Shown: positions 29,801 to 38,745 of the stretch, in pieces
Numbering within the stretch: position 1 is the first letter of the stretch
Layout of the letters: each line of letters begins with the position of its first letter
Assembly: GCA_965140445.1 (NCBI GenBank)
Contig: OZ223236.1
Coordinates: 2,368,001-2,432,000 of the forward strand
DNA: 64,000 nt
Source of the DNA: Candidatus Ozemobacteraceae bacterium
GTDB taxonomy: Bacteria; Muiribacteriota; Ozemobacteria; Ozemobacterales; Ozemobacteraceae
Reading direction: 5' to 3'
The notes under the pieces: model-generated
Seen by the model: the letters and a program-made list of their open reading frames with translations, nothing else
Database searches by the model: none
Told to the model about the DNA's origin: nothing
Program-made: the position numbers and the translations under genes

Positions 29801-31373
29801 TTCCAGATTGGTCAGCGCAACTTTTTTGAATCTTTAAGTAGTTAAGGCCAGTATTCCATCCATTTATTGGAATTGCTGACAAAATTCTTGAGTCTGGGCT
29901 CCATAGAAACTCAAAACCGCCAGTGGCGGAAGTCCAATCGAATGACTTTTCAACAGATTCTCTATCCATGCTTTCTGAAAAATGAATTCTAAGCTCTGAA
30001 TTTTTAGAAATCTGTTGTAGCTTGTTATTCGGATAGGAAAAGGTTATTTCAGGAGCAGTTAAATCTGAATCTGCGGAAGTTCTAAAACTGAAACTAAAAT
30101 CCTTCTGCATTTCGTAACCAGCATAGCTTTTAAGGTTGGTTGTAATCGTTATGTCATAAGGAGTATCCAATTTTAATGGTTGCTGCGGGAACAGTTGCAC
30201 TAAACTTGATGAAAGCCATGCTGGGTCTTTAAAAAGGAGAGTAGGGGATGCGATTAGTGATCTTTTAAAAGATTCCTGATCGATCCTGGTGTTGAAATAT
30301 AGTTTTAAGTCTGTTGCAATTGAAACATCTGAAGCGTTATTTGAAGGATAGGTTCTGTTAATTGCAGGTATCAGGCTACTTGCCTGCGAGTTAGAAGATG
30401 CATAAATTGGAACTTCTGTTTCGTAAACCTTCCCATTTGGATCGGTCAGGTGGGCGCGCAGTATGAAAGACGAGGGGAGCTGAGCTAGAGCCAACCCCTT
30501 TGAAACAATTAAAAAGCTCGCTGTTGCATGATTTGCCACCTGTTTAATGGCAACAGCACTGTTATTGATCAAATCAAGTTGAGGATAAACAAAGGCTGAA
30601 GTTTTTAATTCTATTGAGTAAGAAGCGTTTTCAGGGTTTCTTGCAACAAGGGTCGTTGAATCTGGAATTAGTAAATCTGCAGTAAATTTATAGGAACCAA
30701 GAGATAGTGTATAAGTTGCTGACGTTGAAAATCCAACTTCCACAAGTATGTTTTCTTCAAAGAACCCAGAACTTGAAGCGATAAGAATTGAAGGTGAAGA
30801 AATTACTTCAGGAGCCCTGTTGGGCGCGCCTGGCAAAATTGTTTTTCTTTCAAAAACCAACCAATCTGAAAAATGGCCAATTGAAGCACTAATTTCGGTC
30901 TTGTTTAATGAGATTTCTGGACTAATAAAACTCCAGGAGTTTTGCTCAGTTTTGCATGCAAGAAAGACATTTTCGTTTGAAAACAGAATGCCTGAAGATG
31001 CAATTGGAATGGTTATTTTGGCCGGGCGCGTAAATTTGGGAGAAATTGAACCGGTTCGAAAACTAAAAATTTCTGATAATTGCAAATTGCTTTCATAACC
31101 AGGGATCTGTAAGAAATTTTGTGGGTATTTTTTTATCTGCAGTGAAACATCATCTGAATTTGCGTTAACAGGGATCTCAAGCCTGAATCCATTGTTTGCA
31201 AAATTCAATGCCTTATTTGCAGAAATGGTTTGATCAAAAAGAACAATCCCGGGATCGCTGCTACTTGACTTATCATTACTATATTTCCAAAAATCAGAGA
31301 AAATATTGCATCCAGTAGAGGCTATTATGATTATCAAAAGAAAAGTTATAAGAACCAGTCTATTTTGTTTCAA
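23847..31373 (-). CDS. Giant surface lipoprotein: ZU5-like domain, about 18 Big_5/SbsA-type Ig repeats, C-terminal 6-blade Kelch/Asp-box propeller
   Basis: Lipobox-like STGC (Cys22); repeated P..g...V.....I...F...M units; six F..R.....V.FN...W..GG / NDVW.S.DG units; SD GAAGGCGG; promoter TTTACA-17-TATGCT. Confidence 0.85.
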   Translation of the reverse strand: MKQNRLVLITFLLIIIIASTGCNIFSDFWKYSNDKSSSSDPGIVLFDQTISANKALNFANNGFRLEIPVNANSDDVSLQIKKYPQNFLQIPGYESNLQLSEIFSFRTGSISPKFTRPAKITIPIASSGILFSNENVFLACKTEQNSWSFISPEISLNKTEISASIGHFSDWLVFERKTILPGAPNRAPEVISSPSILIASSSGFFEENILVEVGFSTSATYTLSLGSYKFTADLLIPDSTTLVARNPENASYSIELKTSAFVYPQLDLINNSAVAIKQVANHATASFLIVSKGLALAQLPSSFILRAHLTDPNGKVYETEVPIYASSNSQASSLIPAINRTYPSNNASDVSIATDLKLYFNTRIDQESFKRSLIASPTLLFKDPAWLSSSLVQLFPQQPLKLDTPYDITITTNLKSYAGYEMQKDFSFSFRTSADSDLTAPEITFSYPNNKLQQISKNSELRIHFSESMDRESVEKSFDWTSATGGFEFLWSPDSRILSAIPINGWNTGLNYLKIQKSCADQSGNPLASDHFFEINSSNLLGASFIQTQPEKGETFLTSSLNELKFSFSSPVSIEKLSKSFSIQPDLQLTPTMSLSSDKKELSILFAQGLPDNTSFIVDFSELAKDENDQFLGRSRFSYFSTGDFTAPTISKISPASGSANLSNNSEIQIVFSEDMNPRTVEKSIKVLDFSDGITISPISGNFAYSIKPTTSWPVDKTLTFEVSNSATDVSGKPLSKTYYFNLHFSNILSPSLSYTPLDSQVAISSDSKLIFNFSVAMATNTVESNFSISPTIPLNFSWTADNKTLQIYPSSGNWISGKEYSWNLASKATDLTNGLRLVQDYFSKFKINDTSPPALFDSEPKSNASNVSRNTSIVLTFTEEVSKSSFESALQIYPTPSSTPSFIWTPDGKRVQVTYQTGLLDNTKYSITLNTSLKDIAGNPVTQDIEFSFTTGDSIAPSITQISPASGSILFANSPIQLTFSEKVASPTFAVVTSPGSVLFDLQWADNYESVSILPKTRWPASTTIMLLMSSGLEDISGNSTTKSFSFSYSINSISLPAILNSSPPDNFRIASISTNVFLSFTLPMNQSVTESAVTVIPAMADSPTYFWNTQSAELEIRFPANLSFETDYSIQVATKAASIDGLPLSNPFVLNFRTLDSPKVLSSDVLPGENKSNIATNTVLKIPFNTQMNKVSVQSAFSLTDNQGNSVSVQFQWIGDTLYVTPSAGLSYNKDYLIRISSNAKSSEGFQIQSAFTRTFKTENSPAFIATEYSPASNSANVSLTEKLIIKFNNPVATSTFSLSISPAISGIFSDIWSSDLKTLTREYFNGYANSTTYNIALNSSTTDVYGNNLVSSSGFSFSTLTSTGPRLTSTNPAHGDVSFNPATSLILTFDQSMNNSSTKAAISLQPSPGSSPSFSWSSDNKTLTLNYGSTFSYNTNYQLTVASSAMNASNINLIKSYSIDFKTIAKPVISSTVPTNLAGDIASNSTVTINFSMEMDKASVESSFSISSSTQAISGAFSWNSNTELVFTPSSSLPQGSEIVIKIASSAKSLNNLTLASDFTFKFNVISDVRPRVKTTSPANLQQNVAYNADVIVEFDTPMNSSSVEVIFTPSLVSGFSKNWSSDFKTLTISPSQSFVSKATYQVAISTSSTSLSGSLIEGSTSFTFVAEEIIGAIALSVTPASGTINVPVNSVLTINFNKAMNTVSAAQNFSFSPNPGTANFSWAPDNKIATISIPGIFDFSTLYTASIATAALDFQNQQMQKSFVMQFKTEAKPKVESFSVSNNASNIATDSSILINFNKPMNQIKTQQAVELLNGFTPETCSFSWSGNSLSCRGNPSFSPDASYTIIIDNSGEDLNGNVTGQTSSVNFSTVKSPAFVFNNITPASGSTNIPVNTQFSLFFSNSVKTSTFNPIFVPSPTGGVNIAWDSTNTRATLSPGGNLAGNQNYQIYIASTTLDQFNKPLGMPLNFKFTTEVIPGPSISSTTPDAGSIDVPVNQTFNFAFDREMAKSTVESAFSISPSASGTPTFTWTPDSRGVNIAFSQNLAHNLSYLLKISSSAKDTSNLTLEQDFLLPFKTVSRPEVLLSQLQPLDAATNVSTQTTIVTVFSKTMDQTSCQNAFTMKQGGTDIPGTFAWDGNKMIFTPSSPLAFSTSYQLNIDSSAKDSSNNFILSPYSWSFSTIGREGEVWRQDVAQAYVETHFSSRRDHSVIEFNNYLWCIGGNDGEFLNDVWRSSDGVSWTRELASTSTPLASQFEPRAGHSCVVFNGKIWLIGGYSETESGIAYYDDVWNSVDGRNWTKVVAAGPFFKRAFHSVCVFNNQIWILGGVTIDANENPVYLDDSWKTSDGSSWTEGSQIVSFFPRIRASCGVINGKMWLWGGYGKNQNGVLGPLNDIWSSSNGNLWLLENINGPFAPRCSAATVFFKNRYWLIGGADKFSGSSITFFNDIWTTSDGFNFIKVLENEPATGVHFSKRGFSQSASVNGRMFIAGGENSASGFLNEVWSSE

Positions 31374-31489
31374 GGTGTGCCGCCTTCTAAACTCTCTGTG
31401 TACAGGTTAAGCATAGAATATTGAAATAAAGATGTAAAGCAGACAAAGTAATGCTGATTCACATGAAACCGCAATCTCAGTTAATAAAA

Positions 31490-32296
31490 CTACTTGCCTG
31501 TTTGTTCTTTATGCTCAGCTAAATGGTCCATACAAAAGGCTTTTCCATTTTTTCCACATTGATTGCAGGTACAATATCTAAATTGAAGGTCTGGATCAGT
31601 TAGTTCTGTTCTTTGACATACAGAGCAAGTGTTCTTTGCCTTGGTTTCTGGAGTAAAAGCGCCAGCATAAATCTTTTGTCTGGATTTTTGCCGATAATTT
31701 CTTTTTATCAGATTCAAGGCGTCCTTAGCAAAAAAGAGAAGATAATTTCCTACTGAAAGCGCAATGGCAATTTTGTAATACACAGGATAAACAGCAAAGC
31801 TATAGAAGAGCCATAATCCTGAAAGGCCTGCTAAGTATTTCATTTTTACAGGCAAAATGAAATAAATGAGGATTTCATAATCTGGGAACAGGGTTGCAAA
31901 ACCCAAAAATAGAGTTAAATAAAGATAGTAGCTTCCCAGTTGAACTCCGGGAACAAAAAAAGCCATGAGAATATTGGCTATTGCCCCGCAAAAATAGTAA
32001 GCATTTAGCTTAAAAGTTCCCCATTCTGCTTCTAGGCCATCTGCACACATTACTAATATAGATAGTTCAAAAATCAGAAAAAGAAAGTTGCTGCTTTGAG
32101 GTATCAGCAAGAAGGTAAAAAGTCGCCAAATTTCGCCTTTCATAATCATTTCTGAGTCAAGAAGGAGCTTGTAATAGGGGAGCTTCCCGGATTGATTCAA
32201 TATGTAAATGGTTAACATAAATAGCGAAACATATCTTATAAGGCCTTCTATGGCATAGTTGCCAAACCTTTTTTCAAGTTTGTCGAGAAAACTCAT
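31490..32296 (-). CDS. Rhomboid/Derlin-like membrane protein with C-terminal Cys/His Zn-binding tail
   Basis: GEIWRLFTF, about 6 TMs, no GxS catalytic motif seen; CSVC...FRYCTCNQC...FCMDH. Confidence 0.7.
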   Translation of the reverse strand: MSFLDKLEKRFGNYAIEGLIRYVSLFMLTIYILNQSGKLPYYKLLLDSEMIMKGEIWRLFTFLLIPQSSNFLFLIFELSILVMCADGLEAEWGTFKLNAYYFCGAIANILMAFFVPGVQLGSYYLYLTLFLGFATLFPDYEILIYFILPVKMKYLAGLSGLWLFYSFAVYPVYYKIAIALSVGNYLLFFAKDALNLIKRNYRQKSRQKIYAGAFTPETKAKNTCSVCQRTELTDPDLQFRYCTCNQCGKNGKAFCMDHLAEHKEQTGK

Positions 32297-32301
32297 TGCT
32301 G

Positions 32302-34719
32302 TTACTTCTCTCCTGGTTTGAGGATTTCTTCCCCTTGAGCCATCACAATGCCACTAGGCGTGACTCGGTAGGGAACTAGTTTTACTTTTACTGTTTCTCC
32401 ACTTAATAAACTTTGAGGCAGATCATTTTCGAATTGTACCATAACTTTTCTGCCCTCAAAGCTTAACATTAGCTCTTTTGCATTTTTAATCTGAGAAACT
32501 TTAGCTGAAACAATGCAAAGCTTATTCATTCTAAAGCTCTCAGGAATTTTGCTGCGACTAAAGCTTTTTCTTTCTCTTTCTCTATCTGTGGTGACGCGAT
32601 TATTCTTTAATTTTGAATAATCAGTTCCCGGGTTAATCAGAAACATCACTGGAAGGGATGCTAAAACCACAATAGTTACTGCTCCCGAAATAATCATTGT
32701 CCAGTTTCTTTCAGCTTTTTCCGGTTCTGCGGTTTTAACTTGATCAACTTTATAAGATGGCTTCCAATCTTTGCCCGTTTTGTTGGCAATTTTTCTTACA
32801 TTGCTTACCGAGTAGGGCTTGGAGCTATCCTGTGTCTCTGCTGAATCTGTTGTTTCATCTTTCAGCCCAAGTTCTGATACAAGGTCAAACATTTCATTTC
32901 TACCTTGCGAAATTACCATCGCAACCGCAGGATTAGAAGTTCTTGTTATATTGTCCAGGCCTCTTAAAACAGCTCTTGCTGGGTTGCAGATCAAAAGATT
33001 TACAATTTGCTTGGCAATAACCGGATGGTCTTCATTGTCCAGCTGATCCATTAAATTTTTCATTACCTTTTCAAAAGGACATAGACCCATACAGCTAACT
33101 GCAATTGATCTGGTAGAATGGTCGCTTGATTTAAGCATGTTGCTTAATTTTTCCAGAGCTTGTTTTTCATCATGTTTTAGCGCAAAGCGTATCACTCTAA
33201 CTCTAAGTTTGCTTTCGTCAACCATAAAAAGAGGCTCTATTTGTGTTTTAAGGTATATTGGATCAATGCGCTCAAGAATTTGAAAAGAAACAATTTTCAG
33301 CTTGAGGTTGTCCGAAGCAAGGTTAACTTTTGCCAGCTGTTTCAGGTTGTTGTCAGGATGCAGACGAGCTAGAGCCTGCAACGCTTCGGCTCTAATTAAA
33401 GGTTTATCTGAGTTCGTCTGTTCGATTATCCAGGCTTTATTGGTTTTAAAGGTTTCAATTTCTATTGATTTTAACTTTCCAATAATTTCTTTTTCGGAAA
33501 TTTGATTTTCCGTTTCTTGGGCGGAGGTTTGATTAACAGCTTTTTGACCGCTGGAAAGTATTTTTGGCTCTGCTTGAGTTTGGTAGAAGTTAAGCTCCGC
33601 TGCAATTGTTTCAAACTGAGGGTTATCAACTAGTTTTTTTACCAGCTGTTTAACTTTGGGGTGGGCTTTATTTTTTTCAAGCCAGCTGATTATAGATTTC
33701 TTCTTATCTTCAGAGACAAATGCTAACTGAATTTCTATGTCTTGTAAAAAACGGTCAAGTCGTTGATTTTTCCATACTTTAATTATTGCCTGTGGATCAG
33801 CTTCTTCTTCTGAGAGGAGTTTTGCTGTAGAAAGGGCCTTGCAAATGGTTTTATAAATTACTGAAAGCTTCTTTTTTTGCTCCGGACTCACCACCTCAAG
33901 ATTGTCAAGAATCTGAAGAGCTGTGTCTATTTCGGGGTTAGACGCAAGAATTGTCTGGCAAGCAACTAAGACTTCACGGTCATTTTCTTCAGGGAGCATC
34001 GCTAATATATATTCCCTTACCCTATTAAAAGGAAATTGAAATGCGATACTTATTCCTGCGAGCCTATCTTCGGGGTTTTTGGAAGCTAAAAAATCTGAAA
34101 AATGTCGCTCCGCCTCTTCAGGGTCTATTCGCCGTAATGCGTCAATTGCGCGGCTTCTAACTAGTGGCTGTTTGCTTGCAAGTATTTTTGGAAGACATCG
34201 TGCAAGGACTGCGGGAACTATTTTTTCTGCTGCGTTTATGAATGGCAGAATGAGCGAGGAGGATTCATTTAATAATTGATGTTCAATAAATTCAGAATCG
34301 CTTAAATCACCATTTTTTGTAAGAAATACTCCCACTGCTGGCAACATTTCGGAGGGTATTTCCGAATAATTTGATCTAACCCAATTTAAAAGTTCTTCTA
34401 TTTTTTCTTTTGGAGGATTTAAAAACGTTTTTCTGTCATAAACATTGTTTTGATCAGAGATTTCGTCTGTTTGTTTTTGTTTTTCTTCTTGCTGGATCTC
34501 TTCTGGAAGATTGCCAATTTTTTTGGAGATTCTTGCTATTGCCTGTGCAGAAAAAAAGGAAATTTCGCGATCATCTGAATTAACAAGTTTTTGAAGCGCC
34601 TTAATTGAGTCAACAGAGCATCCGGCGCGGGCTAGTTTAACAATTACCTGGATCCGGACACTTCTTTTTTCGGAGTTTAGCTGCTGAAGCAGTTCTTTTT
34701 CTTGTTGTAGTTTACTCAC
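32302..34719 (-). CDS. HEAT-repeat protein with C-terminal TM and OB-like domain
   Basis: Repeated L...L.S....VR..A...L units; TM MIISGAVTIVVLASLPVMFLI; promoter TTGCAG-17-TAAAAT. Confidence 0.75.
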   Translation of the reverse strand: MSKLQQEKELLQQLNSEKRSVRIQVIVKLARAGCSVDSIKALQKLVNSDDREISFFSAQAIARISKKIGNLPEEIQQEEKQKQTDEISDQNNVYDRKTFLNPPKEKIEELLNWVRSNYSEIPSEMLPAVGVFLTKNGDLSDSEFIEHQLLNESSSLILPFINAAEKIVPAVLARCLPKILASKQPLVRSRAIDALRRIDPEEAERHFSDFLASKNPEDRLAGISIAFQFPFNRVREYILAMLPEENDREVLVACQTILASNPEIDTALQILDNLEVVSPEQKKKLSVIYKTICKALSTAKLLSEEEADPQAIIKVWKNQRLDRFLQDIEIQLAFVSEDKKKSIISWLEKNKAHPKVKQLVKKLVDNPQFETIAAELNFYQTQAEPKILSSGQKAVNQTSAQETENQISEKEIIGKLKSIEIETFKTNKAWIIEQTNSDKPLIRAEALQALARLHPDNNLKQLAKVNLASDNLKLKIVSFQILERIDPIYLKTQIEPLFMVDESKLRVRVIRFALKHDEKQALEKLSNMLKSSDHSTRSIAVSCMGLCPFEKVMKNLMDQLDNEDHPVIAKQIVNLLICNPARAVLRGLDNITRTSNPAVAMVISQGRNEMFDLVSELGLKDETTDSAETQDSSKPYSVSNVRKIANKTGKDWKPSYKVDQVKTAEPEKAERNWTMIISGAVTIVVLASLPVMFLINPGTDYSKLKNNRVTTDRERERKSFSRSKIPESFRMNKLCIVSAKVSQIKNAKELMLSFEGRKVMVQFENDLPQSLLSGETVKVKLVPYRVTPSGIVMAQGEEILKPGEK

Positions 34720-34852
34720 TGTAGCCTGTATTTCTTTCTTGGATCATTTTAACTTTCAAGTCAGGCTGCTGCAAGAAGTTTGATTAATGAAGGCGATTAT
34801 TATTTCGAATAGCCAGATCAGGGAAAATTGCTGACTTGCCTGGGCGCTTTAA

Positions 34853-36838
34853 TTATGGTTGAAGCGTAAGCCTTGGCTGGACATATTCCCCGGCCTGATT
34901 AACTTCTCTTGATACGTTGGCTTCTCGGCGAACAATGTGCGGGGTTATGAAAATAATTAACTCGGTGCGCACTTCTCTAGCTGTTTTCTTCTGAAAGAGT
35001 TTCCCAATTCCTGGAAGATTGCCAAAAAACGGAACTTTACTAATTGATTCACTTTTATCGGTTTTTATCATACCACCAATAACGATTGTGTGATTGTTTT
35101 TGCAGATAACCTGTGTTTGAGCTGTTCTGTTACTGAGGTTTGGAGTAGAGTTTCCACCAAGTTCTGTGAAACCCAATACTGAACTGATTGTTGGGTTTAT
35201 ATCAAGAAAAACTTCGTCATTTCCTGTCACAGAAGGCGTAACCACAAGAGAAATGTCTGCATTTACCTGGGCAATAGTGTTTGAAACCTGTCCAGTTTGT
35301 GCGTTTACCTGTGAGGCTGAAACATATGGAATGGCCTGACCAACGGTAATGTTAGCCTGTCTATTGTTTAGTGTTGTAATAACTGGATTACTTAACACTT
35401 TGGCAAAGCTGTGGGTTTTAAGCATAGCAAGAAGTGCCTGAAATTGGTTTATATCAAGGCTGCCAAAGCGGAAAACACCTGTTCCCCCCGCTGAAGCGTC
35501 TTCAGGGGCTACGGTCATCTGAAAGAGGTTGTCGGTTGTTCCAGGTATTGGAATTTGCTTTTGCCAGTTAACTCCCATTCTTTCTTCTTCGTTTAAATCA
35601 ATTTCATAAATATGGGCATCAATAGTTACCTGAACTGGAGGCACGTCAAGTTTTGAAACAAGCTCTCTAATTCTGGAAATGTTATTCTGGGTATCAGTAA
35701 TAATCATCATATCCATGCGGCTGGTTCCTGCGGTTCCGCCAGCTGCACCAGCTTGTGATGCCTGACTTGATGAAAACTCCTGAATCTGAACCCCAGGAGA
35801 AAGCATTTGAATTGGAGCAGTTAGGTTTCCAGCATCCGCATAGTCCAGATAAAAAACTTCAGTCAGAGGTCTGGAGCTAATATCTACAGTTGTCTGTTCA
35901 ACATCAATCTGAGGCAGAAGGGTTTTTACTTCTGCTAGTTTTGCAGCTGTATCGGTAACCATAAGTGAATTTGATCTGGCATCAACTTCGCAACTCCCTC
36001 TTTGAGGAGTAAGGATTCGATCTACCATTGGTTTTATTGTAGTGGCATTAGTATGTCTTACTTGAAACACTTGATTGTCAAGCGGGGCATTGCTGGCTGG
36101 GAATATTCGTAAAATACTTCCTTCCCAGGAAAATGTCAGGTCATAACTAACCAATAGTGTGTTAAAAGCTTCTTCCATTGTAACATCGCTGAAAAGAATG
36201 GAAACATTTCCTGTTATTCCAGGAGCAAGCATAAGATTAATTCTCATTACTTTTGCTAATGAAGATAAAGCGTCTGAGATAGGGGTGTTTCTAAACTCAA
36301 GGTTTCTAATTTTTGGGTTCTGTTCTGGACTGAGCTTAAGTTTATTTCGATAGGGACCTTTTTGTTCTTCTTCAGCTTGGGGCCTTTCAGGATTACTTGG
36401 AACGGGTGGCTGAAGCCCTTGTGAAGTTGCGCCGGTTATTGGTGCTTTTAACTGATATAATGGCTGCTGTACTGGAGGCAGGGTTGCCTTTAGCTCTTGA
36501 AGTGTTTCAAGAACATCTGGAGATAGCTGATTCTTTGGTGTGTCTGCCTTCCCTCCAACTTTCATTCTGGCACCATTGCCAAGATTCACCCAGTCAGATT
36601 TTGGGCTTTGGTTGCTGACCGGGGCAGAAGGTTTTCTGATGGTTGGATAAAAAGAATTCGCAGGTTCTGGTGATTGAGGAAAATTTATTGAACTTCGAAC
36701 TGAAGCCGGAGTAATTCTTTGCCATTCAGAGTTTGGCATTTGACTAAAGGCAGAAGAGCTAAAGGCAAAAATACTTGCAGCAGTAATTGTTGCAGCAAGT
36801 TTTCTTTTTAAATTCAGTTGCCTCTTTGGATAGTTCAA
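34853..36838 (-). CDS. pilQ: Secretin (PilQ/GspD family)
   Basis: N0 domain LEFRNTPI..AL..LA, VDARSNSL, QVTIDAHIYE, LSNP.I.TLNN..A.I.VG, KVPFFGNLP.IG.LF, ELIIFITP; SD AGGAG with TTG start. Confidence 0.9.
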   Translation of the reverse strand: MNYPKRQLNLKRKLAATITAASIFAFSSSAFSQMPNSEWQRITPASVRSSINFPQSPEPANSFYPTIRKPSAPVSNQSPKSDWVNLGNGARMKVGGKADTPKNQLSPDVLETLQELKATLPPVQQPLYQLKAPITGATSQGLQPPVPSNPERPQAEEEQKGPYRNKLKLSPEQNPKIRNLEFRNTPISDALSSLAKVMRINLMLAPGITGNVSILFSDVTMEEAFNTLLVSYDLTFSWEGSILRIFPASNAPLDNQVFQVRHTNATTIKPMVDRILTPQRGSCEVDARSNSLMVTDTAAKLAEVKTLLPQIDVEQTTVDISSRPLTEVFYLDYADAGNLTAPIQMLSPGVQIQEFSSSQASQAGAAGGTAGTSRMDMMIITDTQNNISRIRELVSKLDVPPVQVTIDAHIYEIDLNEEERMGVNWQKQIPIPGTTDNLFQMTVAPEDASAGGTGVFRFGSLDINQFQALLAMLKTHSFAKVLSNPVITTLNNRQANITVGQAIPYVSASQVNAQTGQVSNTIAQVNADISLVVTPSVTGNDEVFLDINPTISSVLGFTELGGNSTPNLSNRTAQTQVICKNNHTIVIGGMIKTDKSESISKVPFFGNLPGIGKLFQKKTAREVRTELIIFITPHIVRREANVSREVNQAGEYVQPRLTLQP

Positions 36839-36892
36839 TTTTTCTCCTGATTTTTCTTTTACTATCGGCTTAATTAGAGAATTAAGTTAATT

Positions 36893-37369
36893 TTATGGTG
36901 CATAAAGTAGGCAATGGGCTTCACGACTGATCCAGTTCCCGTTGTAGTCTTCAACCGAGATAGTTATTTTAGCAGTGATAGGCGAAATGTCGGAGCTGGA
37001 AAGCTCGTATAGGTTGACAACTCTTGATGTATAGGGTTTTACGGCTACATCTAAAGAACCTTCTGCATCAATTTTTCCTTCTACTGGAATTGGAGAAACT
37101 TCAAGCTGTGGAATTGCCTCACCGTAGGGGGTTAGGTAAGTAACTGATATGGTTCTAAGATTGCAAGGAACTTTGCTTAAGGAGGTTATGCTTACCGTAA
37201 CTTCAGGTAAGCTTGCTGTGTCTGTAGCGGTTGGTTGAACAGAATAGGGCGCAACGCCTGTCACTTCAAGAACAACGGCAGGCTTTACTGTTTTATCAAT
37301 GCAACCAGTGGTTAGGAAGACTGCAATTATAAAATATGCAAACAAGAAAACTTTTACTTTTTTTCCCAT
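36893..37369 (-). CDS. Lipoprotein directly upstream of the secretin (candidate pilotin or accessory)
   Basis: Lipobox-like LTTGC; position between PilP-like gene and secretin. Confidence 0.65.
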   Translation of the reverse strand: MGKKVKVFLFAYFIIAVFLTTGCIDKTVKPAVVLEVTGVAPYSVQPTATDTASLPEVTVSITSLSKVPCNLRTISVTYLTPYGEAIPQLEVSPIPVEGKIDAEGSLDVAVKPYTSRVVNLYELSSSDISPITAKITISVEDYNGNWISREAHCLLYAP

Positions 37370-37405
37370 ATAAAATGTATCGGGAGATTCAAGAGGAAAC
37401 TGAAG

Positions 37406-38110
37406 CTAGTTTTTTACTGTATCTTCATAGGTATATGAGCCATCGGATGCAACTCTTACATCCACTCCAACCTTTGGAATTAAAAATAGGGCGGAAGGAG
37501 TTTCTATAAAAATCATTTTATCATTCAGGTCAGTTATTTTTTTGTCTTCGTAATCGTCGCCTTTTTTGTAAATATTGGCATCTATAACGGCATATAGTTC
37601 TGTGTCTGTTTTTATTATGGAGTTAAAGTTGGCTCTTAAGACCCTGGTTTCTTTTACAACATCTTCTTCTTCCGGAACTTCAGCTTGAGCTCTCAATTCT
37701 TCTATTAATTTAGCGTATGGAGACTCTTCGAATGGGTTTCGCTCCAGCTTTCTGAAGGCTATTATAATGGGGTCATTTAATTCTGGAGCCAATTCCTCGG
37801 AGCCAGAAGCGTTTGCTGTTCCTGAGGCTATTTCAGTTGTTTCAGTTGCGATTTCATTTTCACCAGAGGCTATTTGATCTTCGGGTTGATCTGTCTCTAG
37901 TTCGTCATCATTGTTTGTGTTTTCTTCTGAGTCGTTATTTTGCCCTGTTTCATCTGAGGAATCGTTAATCTGCATATCCTTATAGTTTAATGCTTCCATG
38001 GGTCTGGTTTTTTTCTTTATTTTTACTTTAGGTTTATTTTTGAACCAGTTAACTCCCATCGAGACAGATAGGATAATTAGACTTAAGCAGAAGATCTGTT
38101 TGCCGTTCAT
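37406..38110 (-). CDS. PilP/GspC-like protein
   Basis: N-terminal TM, acidic linker, RNPF motif, C-terminal A.I....Y..GD....KI..I beta domain; ATGA overlap with pilO. Confidence 0.65.
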   Translation of the reverse strand: MNGKQIFCLSLIILSVSMGVNWFKNKPKVKIKKKTRPMEALNYKDMQINDSSDETGQNNDSEENTNNDDELETDQPEDQIASGENEIATETTEIASGTANASGSEELAPELNDPIIIAFRKLERNPFEESPYAKLIEELRAQAEVPEEEDVVKETRVLRANFNSIIKTDTELYAVIDANIYKKGDDYEDKKITDLNDKMIFIETPSALFLIPKVGVDVRVASDGSYTYEDTVKN

Positions 38111-38724
38111 TCATCTTCCTCGTCATTTTCCTCGGGAGTTGCTTGCTGGGGATCAACAACCACAGCTGTTGGCTGTAGTTCAATTTCAAACAATCCACTG
38201 GCATTAGGGGTTAATGGCGGCAAGGTTAAGAAAGTTAGTTTTTCCTCTTTTTCTACTAACCTCAAGAATGACCCTAAGGTTACTAAATCTCCAGAAAAGG
38301 AAAAAGCGACAGGTAATTTCTCTGCGGAAAATTCTCCTATTTTTAGAGGTTCAGCAGGTTGCGGGTTTACTGAGCGAATTTTCAAGCCGATTTTATTTCC
38401 AAGTTCTTTTACTCGGCGTAAAAACTTGGTAATTTCTATTTTGTTATAGAACAGTTTTTGAGTTTTCTCCCACTTTGCCCTTTGTTCCTCAATTTCAAGC
38501 TTAATATCTTCAATGTTTTTGACAGCAGATTCTACTTTATTTATATCTTTTTCAATTCTGGCATTCTTTTTTAACTGTTTATCCAGAAGCACTTTTTGAG
38601 GAGAGTAAAAACCTTTAAAGGCAGCAAAAAATATGGCCAAAGCTATTACTACTGGTTGCCCAAATAGCTTTGGATCTTCTTTTGCTTTTGCAAGCCATTC
38701 AGTTATATTTATTTCTTGTGCCAT
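38107..38724 (-). CDS. pilO: PilO/GspM-like protein
   Basis: One TM, coiled coil, GL.I.S..P and LPV.F.FSG....LG.FL..VE ferredoxin-like motif. Confidence 0.75.
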   Translation of the reverse strand: MAQEINITEWLAKAKEDPKLFGQPVVIALAIFFAAFKGFYSPQKVLLDKQLKKNARIEKDINKVESAVKNIEDIKLEIEEQRAKWEKTQKLFYNKIEITKFLRRVKELGNKIGLKIRSVNPQPAEPLKIGEFSAEKLPVAFSFSGDLVTLGSFLRLVEKEEKLTFLTLPPLTPNASGLFEIELQPTAVVVDPQQATPEENDEEDE

Positions 38725-38745
38725 ATGTTTTTCCAGAAGAAAAAA

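Noticed and set aside
23905..31098. Many plus-strand ORFs opposite the giant gene, and similar short antisense ORFs elsewhere
   Set aside because: Shadow ORFs of long coding regions, with no motifs recognised
34720..34852. Riboswitch or ncRNA between secretin and HEAT gene (CAAGTCAG/CTGACTTG inverted repeat)
   Set aside because: Only 8 bp, no riboswitch consensus recognised, and the region is explained by a sigma70 promoter
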